Source: Trichoplax adhaerens
Lineage: Eukaryota; Animalia; Placozoa
Direction of reading: 5' to 3'
DNA: 9,809 bases
Assembly (NCBI RefSeq): GCF_000150275.1
Contig: NW_002061135.1
Span: 1 to 9,809, forward strand
The translations under genes and the position numbers were made by a program. The notes under the pieces are model-generated. The model ran no database searches. It was not told the DNA's origin and saw only the letters and a list, made by a program, of their open reading frames with translations. Below, in pieces: positions 1-9,205 of this stretch (positions within the stretch are counted from its first letter, which is position 1; the number at the start of each line of letters is the position of its first letter).

Positions 1-451
1 CGATCATTTTTACATGCAGTGTTACAACACTTAGTTTTCTACGATATCTTGTTATATTGTAATATAACCAGAGAATATGTTTACCAAATCAAAACAGTCT
101 TATGCTGCCCTTACACTGTCGTCAGAGATTACAAATAGCGTTTACGATATACTGCAATTTGATCGTTTTACATGTGGATCAAGAGTTTCTATAACTTATT
201 TGTATAATAAGAGATACAATATTAAATTAAAACTACTTTACTAAAGCAAGTATTTTAAAATTTGTCGTATAAGACTTGAGTAGCATCCATGAAATTAGTG
301 AATATAAATGGGAGAATATTTCAATCAATCGTCTTATAATTGTTCTATGTCTGAGTTATAACGATAAAATGAAAATCGATACGATTTACTTGATTTTATT
401 CATAGATATACTTTATGATAAATTTTTGTTATTTCTTTTTTTAACTAATAG

Positions 452-1296
452 TATTGCAATGGACGGTAGAATTGTCCCTATAGGATTTGCATCCGGTCAA
501 ATCCCAAGTGTACGTCTATTTTAAATATTGTATTGCTATACGATGTTAAATTACTGTCTCATATTAAAATATAGCTTATTCTCCAACAGGGTAGGCTGAA
601 TATTTACTGACAAATATATTGATAATAGTAGTGTTATTAGCTACCTACATAAACTACTAATTCAAAGCTAACGAATCATTAATTACTACTTAGATACCTG
701 CTAATATTTTACTGGTTAAGAATGTTTCAGTCAGTAAGTAGCAAAATCTTATAATTATTATCATGCTGTCCAATTTTTTACTAGTGTAATAGTTAAGTTT
801 ATATTTGATAAATCGTTATTTTGATCTTTATCAATTATATTTCTTTGCGTCTGTCAGTTGGACTTTTTTGGGTAAGCCTAAAATACGTAATTTTAAGTTT
901 AGATTTAATTTACGAGATAGAGATGGAATTGATATGTAATTCCGTTAAAATTTTATAAGCATTGTAACTTAGTAAGCTACCTTATTATATCTACAGAGCA
1001 ATTATAAACTTTTTGATCACGAAAAATTTTCCGAATCTGTAACGACGATTTTACAATTGTGCTCTGAGAAGAAGATTCGGCCTCACTACTCTAAAGTGTT
1101 TCCTTATAATAAGGTTCCTTCCATTGATGATAATCATCATGAATTACGAAACTTCTAATACTGTATACGTAGTCTTGAAATATTTGTATTAATGTGTTGA
1201 CTATAAATGTTCTCGAATGACTAGGTCAATCAGGCTTTTAAATTCATTCTTGGTCGGAAATCAACAGGAAAAGTGTTACTTTGCCCGAATCATTGA
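452..1296 (+). CDS. CRYZL2: Quinone oxidoreductase-like protein 2 (MDR/zeta-crystallin family), 3' five exons (gene A); 5' part not identified in window
   Basis: Exons 452-509, 694-733, 858-871, 997-1113, 1225-1296, all with AG/GT boundaries and compatible phases. They splice to IAMDGRIVPIGFASGQIPS-IPANILLVKNVSV-IGLFW-SNYKLFDHEKFSESVTTILQLCSEKKIRPHYSKVFPYNK-VNQAFKFILGRKSTGKVLLCPNH*. This matches the QOR C-terminus as recalled (GRIVxxGFAxG, PANxLLxKN, GLYWG, VNxAF, RKSTGKV). Confidence 0.9.
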
Positions 1297-1511
1297 AAAA
1301 CTATAACTCAATTTAACATTACTAGATTTGTACCGCGTTTACAGGAGTTTATCTGTAACTAAAAAATGCTGGATTAATTACATTTACAATTCTAATAATG
1401 CAGTTATATCGGAATTCAAGCCTAAAGTACTCAAGTAATCATTATACAAGTGAAATTTCTAAAGTTTAAAGCTTTTACTACAGATGAATTAATTAGTCGA
1501 TGATAATAATT

Positions 1512-2410
1512 TTCAAACTATTTACAGTAAGCTCCCTACACTCATTTTTTACAGAATAAGATTACTTACATAATTTTTTAGCTCTTGTTATCCTACTTTA
1601 TTACTGGTAAGCCAGCTATCAAGTATACGCGTACATTTTACTTCAGTAAATACTATACGAGTTATCATTAATGGATTTAAAGTCTACTTAAGCTAAATAT
1701 TCATACGTGCATGAATGATAACATTACATATCATCTACAATATCATCAATAAAAACTAAAAACTATATCAAATTTGCTATATTATTCTGAGGATGAGTAT
1801 AAAGTTCAATGTGTAAACTGGTACTTGATCTGCTGCACGAAGTGAAACGTTAAAAATGACTATTGCTCTACTGCAGAAGTCAGTTGTCTCCTATCAATAG
1901 CGGTTACATATGTAAATAAATTACTAAATCTGAATAACGTTCGTTAGTCATTTATGGATTTTAGAAAAAGACCAAGGATGTAGAAATGTGAGGTCGTTCA
2001 AAGCTTATCCTAAATTTAGACGAGTAGGATTAAATTTTATATCGCACTTGAGATGTGTGATTTAACTACTACTGTATGTAAGCTGTTGTACACGATCGGT
2101 ACTAGATTAGGTTAAGGCAAAAGGTATCAGCAGAAACGCTATCATATTTATAAAAACTTGTATCACCGTCTAAATAATTAACAAGAGTGTAAGTACGTAA
2201 AATGGTTAATTTTTCACATCGATAGGATAAATTGACTCAATTTGTCAGTTTTGGTAATTTATTTTGAAAATATGAAGTGATACCGTAGTATATTCGAAAT
2301 AGGAGAGAAAAAATGTATCACAGTTATATGCATGAATAGCCTTAAGAAAACAAGTAAGGCGATATTGTTTTCGGCTAATCCATTGTTATCGCAATTTTTG
2401 CAAGTTGATA
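1512..2410. repeat. Segmental duplicate, copy 1 (intergenic/3' flank plus end of the - strand QOR gene); copy 2 at 8302-9205
   Basis: Direct alignment starting at TTCAAACTATTTACAG. By eye about 15 substitutions and 4 small indels over the first ~800 bp, with more divergence after ~2320. Confidence 0.95.
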
Positions 2411-2519
2411 TGTTAAAGGGGAATGAGGCACCAACGTATGGATGAACATTTCCCTCGCCAAGGAGCCGCATAATAGAATCTATAGCATGTTTATACGTGT
2501 ATAACTTGAGATCGAACAC
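2375..2519 (-). pseudogene. Degenerate 3' fragment of a QORL2-like gene (gene B), paralogous to 9169-9518
   Basis: Translates DLKLYTYKHAIDSIMRLLGEGNVHPYVGASFPFN versus DPKLYKHSIDSVVRLLGEGKIHPHVGASFPLN in the intact copy. The last intron plus 12 codons are deleted and a +1 frameshift falls in the STGK motif. The ancestral TAG is at 2375-2377, and no homologous upstream exons are visible beyond ~2520. Confidence 0.8.
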
Positions 2520-3947
2520 GTTACTGCATTAACTGTAATATTGATCTTAAAGGTAAAAAGAAAGAAAAAACTACTTGATAATCACAGGATATCAATTATC
2601 CATACAGAATTTCCTGTAGGTTTTACGATAGGGACTTTTATTGAGACAATAAATCCTGTAATGCTGAATAGCGTATACAATTAGCACCTACAATGCTTAA
2701 CCACTGAGCTCGTGCAATGCAACTGTGTATTTAATGCCACGATTTTCACAGTGATGCATTAATTAACTGAACTGTGTACTACAGGCATTAGTCATTACTG
2801 ATCGACTCGATATCTGGAAATGACACAGTAGCACGTAGCACCACCATGCAACGATACAGACAACTGAATTGCTCTAAACTAAAGGAGACAAGAAATTTTC
2901 TACGCGATTAAAGTCAAAATGTGTGTAAGTCTACTGGCGAAAGAAAGTCAACCTTGCAACTGCTGGGAGCTCATTTCCTTTTTACAGCCAGTACTGTATC
3001 CCCTCTTGTAACCTATACAGGGACATAAGTGTTACATGAATGACTAGAACCTTGGAGTACCAGTGTGAAAGCATCACTTTTACAGTCAAAATAGAGCAAA
3101 ATACAATCATCTCATCTTTTGTCTCCTATTTCTTGCAGCTGGTTTGCATTTCAATATCCAAAAATGCATAAAACTGATGTCGTATCAAGAAATAATATAA
3201 AGTCTTTACAGTATGTGCAAATTACCGCCTTAAATTCACGACATGTGTTTTACATGGGCGTGTACGGATGCTGTACGCAATGATGATTATAATTTTTTTG
3301 ACCTCTACGAAAGATCAATTTTAATTACTCAAGAAGGTTCCATATTGACTATAAACATCAATGCATGATATACTGTAATCAATCAGTCTCTTTATTGACT
3401 TTACTGATTGGAAAATATCGCGTTAGTGGACAATTAGCATGTGTAGCAATATCCACCATCTATCCTATCGAGAGCTGCAAGCCACTACATTACTGTCATA
3501 TACTTTTGCTGTAGTGCAAATCTCTAGTGTAAATATACGTAAATTAACGTGATCTTTGATTCTGTTTTGGTTAGAATCTCCAGGTTACATCTTCAAACTT
3601 AAAGTAAATAAAGATGAAAAGAACTTTGATCTGATCCAGTGCATAATGCGTTGTACTGTAATATGCACCAAAACAAACCTTAGCTAAGACCCTTTTTTCT
3701 TAACTAGACACCTGACATTAATAAATAATTAATTAGTATTATTCATCAGAAGTTCAGACATTAAAACAGGAGATGTGCTCAAGCCCTGACTGTGAAGGAG
3801 TCGAGTAACACAAACGTGACACGTAGACTTAGGCAAGTACGTAAAATTAAGGGTGTGTATAGTATTTTTAGTCAATAAAGTTAACTGATCTTGTGATAGT
3901 CAATTATTAATTCGGTATTAAGCCTACGCTTCTCTCCATAAGCAACA

Positions 3948-4136
3948 ATGGCGTTACCCACTAAAGAACAACCAACAATATCATCACCTCCTGAATATCT
4001 TTTAAGGTCTGCATCCAAGACAAATCTATCAATGGTCGATACCTCCGGTAACTCGTATCAGGCGGCAGTATGCGAAGAGCTGAAGAAGCCTCTGGTTGTG
4101 AAAGATTTACCTCGTCAGCCATTAAAAAATAGTGAG
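3948..4136 (+). CDS. CRYZL2: First coding exon of a QORL2-like gene (gene C), cut off by the gap
   Basis: ATG in ACAATGG context. Encodes YQAAVCEELKKPLVVKDLPRQPLKNSE, matching the QORL2 N-terminus as recalled (YRAAxCxELKxPLxIxEV...PxE). Probable donor GAG|GT at 4137, the same position as in the - strand paralog. Confidence 0.8.
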
Positions 4137-4143
4137 GTCGATA

Positions 4144-4193
4144 NNNNNNNNNNNNNNNNNNNNNNNNNNNNNNNNNNNNNNNNNNNNNNNNNN
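4144..4193. other. Assembly gap (50 N)
   Basis: Run of N. Confidence 1.
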
Positions 4194-4409
4194 AATTGAT
4201 TACGATGGAGAGATTATGTGCCAATAAATAATTCTAATTTTAATCCATTTTCAGTGTAATGATGATGTAGAATAATGTTGATATTTTTGATCAACAAGTG
4301 ATGGTCTTTTCTCTTGATTATGTACGCGTATGTAGTCTACGTTTTCAATCTTCTTTCTACAGAAATGATAATACAATATGGATAGCTATACCATTTCAGA
4401 ATTGCTAAC

Positions 4410-4619
4410 CTCACTTGGACCAAGTTGCTTGGTATCATAAACTTTCTTAATAACTAATGGCTTGTTCGTTTGTGCACAAAATGCAGCCCGGTAAGCGGCG
4501 CCTGTACTGGTACTCGATGCACCTGTATTGGTAGTTTGTAAATAGGAGCTAGACAATTTACTTGCATGCGATGCTGCTGAACGTAGTAAACGTTCTGGAG
4601 GAGATACAAATTTAGGCAT
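4410..4619 (-). CDS. CRYZL2: First coding exon of a second QORL2-like gene (gene D)
   Basis: ATG at 4619-4617; 70 codons MPKFVSPPERLLRSA...YRAAFCAQTNKPLVIKKVYDTKQLGPSE followed by phase-0 donor GTTAGC. Homologous to 3948-4136. Confidence 0.8.
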
Positions 4620-5524
4620 TATCGGTGTGTATAGTTTCAATTTTAAAATTGAACGACAGTATAGCCAATGGAATCACCAGACTAGAAGAGTCTAAAATGC
4701 TTTATTGCATGCACTTTTGAACTGGATAAGTTGAAGGCTTAGCGAGGTGTGGCATCGACCTCTACTGTATAATAAGTGTATATAGACGCTATACTGCAAA
4801 AGGAAGTGTAATCTTATGATCATACCGGGAATAGGTGAAAGAGTCACAAGAGAGGTCACACGTGCAAAATGACTTGTCATCCCTATTATTCTGCTACAGT
4901 ATTACCCATTAGTCGGAGTTCAAGCGAACACAGTAAGCAACATTATACTACTCATCACTCATATTAGTACTACTATAGGAATACGTCTAGTGTTGCAAAA
5001 GGCTGCGAAAGGAGTTGATGACAGCGACAGTCAATTTGCACAATATCAGTATGTCAATACTGTAGTTTCAACAACTGACATCTGCGATTTCCTTTATTGA
5101 TAGTTCAAAAATGAACAAACATTCAGTCATCACTGCTATTCTGGGGTCATGGAATGAGTCGAGTAGAGCAATACATACGGTGTGCAGCATACTGTACACC
5201 TTTATCAAGTTATAGCAGTTAAAAATGGCTAGCAAGATCTGGTCCGCTAGAGACTTGACTTCGAAAGGGATTTCTCTGAGAAGTCCTGGACCAGCCTGCG
5301 ACTGTTTTTACCCAATAATTTGACGATGTATCTAATATTTGAGTTTCAGTACTACAATGTTGTAAAGTAAGCTTCTTTACACTTATCAAAATGGAATGGA
5401 TATCGATATGTTGACGTAATTTTTGTATTAATTAATTTATTTATATACAGTGTGTATCAAAGTATTTTGCCACTTTGAAAAGCATCAACCAGTGATCTTA
5501 ATAAGCAAATGCTGACTAAGAGTG

Positions 5525-7493
5525 TACAGTAAAGTACAGATACTGTACTGCAAGCAAAAATAATGTCGCGGTACTTCTTGGATGCATTTATCTACTCGTA
5601 GCGGCCAAGTTATCCTTAGGTGTGACATTTCTTTCGTCAAGAGGGTATGGATATCAATATATTGACGTAGTTTTTGTATTGATTAACTGATATGGAGTAC
5701 AGTAGAGATACTGCACTGCAAGCAAAAATAATGTCACGGTACTTCTTGGATTCATTTATCTACTCGTAGCGGCCAAGTTATCCTTAGGTGTGACATTTCT
5801 TTCGTCAAGAGGGTATGGATATCAATATATTGACGTAGTTTTTGTATTGATTAACTGATATGGAGTACAGTAGAGATACTGCACTGCAAGCAAAAATAAT
5901 GTCGCGGTACTTCTTGGATGCATTTATCTGCTCGTAGCGGCCAAGTTATCCTTAGGTGTGACATTTCTTTCGTCAAGAGGGTATGGATATCAATATATTG
6001 ACGTAGTTTTTGTATTGATTAACTGATATGGAGTACAGTAGAGATACTGCACTGCAAGCAAAAATAATGTCACGGTACTTCTTGGATGCATTTATCTACT
6101 CGTAGCGGCCAAGTTAGCATTAGGTGTGACATTTCTTTCGTCAAGAGGGTATGGATATCAATATATTGACGTAGTTTTTGTATTGATTAATTGATATACA
6201 GTACAGTAGAGATACTGCACTGCAAGCAAAAATAATGTCACGGTACTTCTTGGATGCATTTATCTGCTCTAACGGCCAAGTTATCCTTAGGTGTGACACG
6301 TCTTTCGTCAAGACGGTATGGATATCAATATATTGACGTAGTTTTTGTATTGATTAATTGATATACAGTACAGTAGAGATACTGCACTGCAAGCAAAAAT
6401 AATGTCACGGTACTTCTTGGATGCATTTATCTACTCGTAGCGGCCAAGTTATCATTAGGTGTAACACCGTCTTGACGAAAGACGGTATGTATATAGATAT
6501 GTCATACTGACGTAGTTTTTGTACTAATTAATTGATATACAGTACAGTAGAGATACTGCACTGCAAGCAAAAATAATGTCACGGTACTTCTTGGATGCAT
6601 TTATCTACTCGTAGCGGCCAAGTTATCATTAGGTGTGACACCGTCTTGACGAAAGACGGTATGGATATAGATATGTCATACTGACGTAGTTTTTGTACTA
6701 ATTATTAATTGATATACAGTACAGTAGAGATACTGCACTGCAAGCAAAAATAATGTCACGGTACTTCTTGGATGCATTTATCTGCTTGTAGCGGCCAAGT
6801 TATCCTTAGGTGTGACACGTCTTTCGTCAAGACGGTATGGATATCAATATATTGACGTAGTTTTTGTATTGATTAATTGATATACAGTACAGTAGAGATA
6901 CTGCACTGCAAGCAAAAATAATGTCACGGTACTTCTTGGATGCATTTATCTGCTTGTAGCGGCCAAGTTATCCTTAGGTGTGACACGTCTTTCGTCAAGA
7001 CGGTATGGATATCAATATATTGACGTAGTTTTTGTATTGATTAATTGATATACAGTACAGTAGAGATACTGCACTGCAAGCAAAAATAATGTCACGGTAC
7101 TTCTTGGATGCATTTATCTACTCGTAGCGGCCAAGTTATCATTAGGTGTGACACCGTCTTGACGAAAGACGGTATGGATATAGATATGTCATACTGACGT
7201 AGTTTTTGTACTAATTAATTGATATACAGTACAGTAGAGATACTGCACTGCAAGCAAAAATAATGTCACGGTACTTCTAGGATGCATTTATCTGCTCGTA
7301 GCGGCCAAGTTATCCTTAGGTGTGACACGTCTTTCGTCAAGACGGTATGGATATCAATATATTGACGTAGTTTTTGTATTGATTAATTGATATACAGTAC
7401 AGTAGAGATACTGCACTGCAAGCAAAAATAATGTCGCGGTACTTCTTGGATGCATATATCTGCTCGTAGCGGCCAAGTTAGCATTAGGTGTGA
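5525..7493. repeat. Tandem (satellite-like) array, ~11.7 copies of a 168-bp unit (167-177 bp variants)
   Basis: Anchor (G/A)CGGCCAAGTTA at 5601, 5769, 5937, 6105, 6272, 6440, 6614, 6791, 6959, 7127, 7301, 7469. Detached partial copies at 5396-5451 and 7573-7603. Confidence 0.98.
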
Positions 7494-7571
7494 GTATATA
7501 TGACATGACAATGACAAATATATGTCACTATAGATCATAACGGTCTGAACCGGACCGAACCTTTCTCAGGT

Positions 7572-7603
7572 CTAGGTGTGACACCGTCTTTCGTCAAGAC
7601 GGT
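7572..7603 (-). mobile_element. Possible Helitron-like 3' terminus (hairpin + CTRR), also present in each array unit
   Basis: The - strand reads ACCGTCTT-GACGA-AAGACGGT (8-bp stem), then GTCACAC-CTAG, ending 11 nt after the hairpin. Array units read hairpin-GTCACAC-CTAA-(T/G). No Rep/helicase ORF or defined 5' TC end is seen. Confidence 0.35.
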
Positions 7604-7628
7604 CAAGAGCCACGTATGCAGACAGAAA

Positions 7629-7772
7629 TGTACTGTAGACGATACTGTATATTATACTGTACACTGTAATATGCGTACTGTAGGGTACAGTACACGGGTA
7701 CAATACCGTATAGTACAATGTACTACAGTACAGTAACATATAGACTGTACACTGTACACTTTAGATACTGTG
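7629..7772. repeat. Low-complexity TACTGTA/TACAGTA-rich tract just upstream of COG6
   Basis: Many ACTGTA/TACAGT words in both orientations, including the perfect hairpin GTACTGTA-GGG-TACAGTAC at 7675-7693. Confidence 0.75.
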
Positions 7773-7828
7773 GTTGCAACCTTTAAGAATAATACAGAGA
7801 AGTTAGACTAATAGTACTACAGATCAAG

Positions 7829-7942
7829 ATGGCCAGCAACGCCGAGAAAGGCAGTCCTAGTAGCATTGGCAATGCGCCATCAAGTAATCCATTATCACGT
7901 AAATTAAATAAAATATTAGAAACACGATTGGAAAATGATAAG
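7829..7942 (+). CDS. COG6: Conserved oligomeric Golgi complex subunit 6, exon 1
   Basis: MASNAEKGSPSSIGNAPSSNPLSRKLNKILETRLENDK matches the animal COG6 N-terminal motif NPLSRKLxKILETRLDNDK. It is followed by a canonical AG|GTAAGC donor at 7943. No exon 2 is seen before the gap. Confidence 0.93.
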
Positions 7943-8251
7943 GTAAGCTACTTTACTGAACGTTTGATAGACTCGGTACTTGCTTACTTTACACATAGAG
8001 CGTATCGAGGTCAAGATATGTTGTTTGCAGTTTACGATCAGTAGTATTGGCATGGATTGAAGCGTTTACATACGAGTATACCTTTGCTTTCTTCAATACT
8101 TCTTATGAATATATCCAAAGCACTGTAATTGTAATTTTATACTATCATAGGATAGCTAGTCGATAGTCAATGGTCATAGTCTTGTTCACTTGAAGAGTGC
8201 TATACATGTGGAATATAACATGGATAAGATCATTTATCCCTTCGCTTCTTC

Positions 8252-8301
8252 NNNNNNNNNNNNNNNNNNNNNNNNNNNNNNNNNNNNNNNNNNNNNNNNN
8301 N
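8252..8301. other. Assembly gap (50 N)
   Basis: Run of N. Confidence 1.
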
Positions 8302-9205
8302 TTCAAACTATTTACAGTAAGCTCCCTACACTCATTTTTTACAGAATAAGATTGCTTACATAATTTTTTAGCTCTTGTTATCCTACTTTATTACTGGTAA
8401 GCCAGCTATTAAGTATACGCGTACATTTTACTTCAGCAAATACTATACGAGTTATCATTAATTGATTTAAAGTTTACTTAAGCTAAATATTCATACGTGC
8501 ATGAATGATAACATTACATATCATCTACAATATCATCAATAAAAACTAAAAACTATATCAAATTTGCTATATTATTCTGAGGATGAGTATAAAGTTCAAT
8601 ATGTAAACTGGTACTTGATCTGCTGCACGAAGTGAAACGTTAAAAATGACTATTGCTCTACTGCAGAAGTCAGTTGTCTCCTATTAATAGCGGTTACATA
8701 TGTAAATAAATTACTAAATCCGAATAACTTTCATTATAACGTTCGTTAGTCATTTTATGGATTTTAGAAAAAGACCAAGGATGTAGAAATGTGAGGTCGT
8801 TCAAAGCTTATCCTAAATTTAGACGAGTAGGATTAAATTTTATATCGCACTTGAGATGTGTGATTTAACTGCTATATGTAAGCTGTTGTATACGATCGGT
8901 ACTAGATTGGGTTAAGGCAAAAGGTATCAGCAGAAACGCTATCATATTTATAAAAACTTGTATCACCGTCTAAATAATTAACAAGAGTATAAGTACGTAA
9001 AATGGTTAATTTTTCACATCGATAGAATAAATTGACTCAATTTGTCAGTTTTGGTAATTTATTTTGAAAATATGAAGTGATACCGTAGTATATTCGAAAT
9101 AGGAGAAAAAAATGTATCACAGTTACATTAATAGCCTTAAGAAAAGAAGCAGGCGATATTGTTTTCGGCTAATCCATTGTTATAGCAATTTTTCCAGTTG
9201 ATTTG
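8302..9205. repeat. Segmental duplicate, copy 2 (of 1512-2410)
   Basis: Near-identical direct alignment beginning exactly at the contig edge. Confidence 0.95.

Noticed and set aside
276-451. 5' part of ORF 276-524 as coding
   Set aside because: AT-rich intron-like sequence ending in a polypyrimidine tract and AG at 450-451; only 452-509 shows QOR similarity.
2259-2374. C-terminal half of ORF 2259-2519
   Set aside because: Frameshift read-through into sequence homologous to the 3' UTR of gene E.
2970-3015. Minus-strand VTRGDTVLAV after an AG as a further QOR exon remnant
   Set aside because: Similarity is too short, hits a stop within a few codons, and lacks the following glycine-rich NAD(P)-binding motif.
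3961-4224. Minus-strand ORF
   Set aside because: Antisense to the gene C exon and open only because it crosses the N gap.
4692-4880. 62-aa minus-strand ORF, and CACGTG E-box at 4859-4864
   Set aside because: No recognisable homology; a single hexamer is not sufficient evidence for a regulatory site.
5590-5660. Tandem tRNA/5S/snRNA genes in the repeat
   Set aside because: No cloverleaf, B-box (GTTCRA) or recognisable snRNA/5S sequence on either strand.
5525-7493. CRISPR array
   Set aside because: Whole 168-bp units are repeated with no unique spacers, there are no cas genes, and the context is a spliced eukaryotic locus.
7943-8044. Continuation of the COG6 ORF
   Set aside because: Similarity stops at a canonical GTAAGC donor; the remainder is intron read-through.
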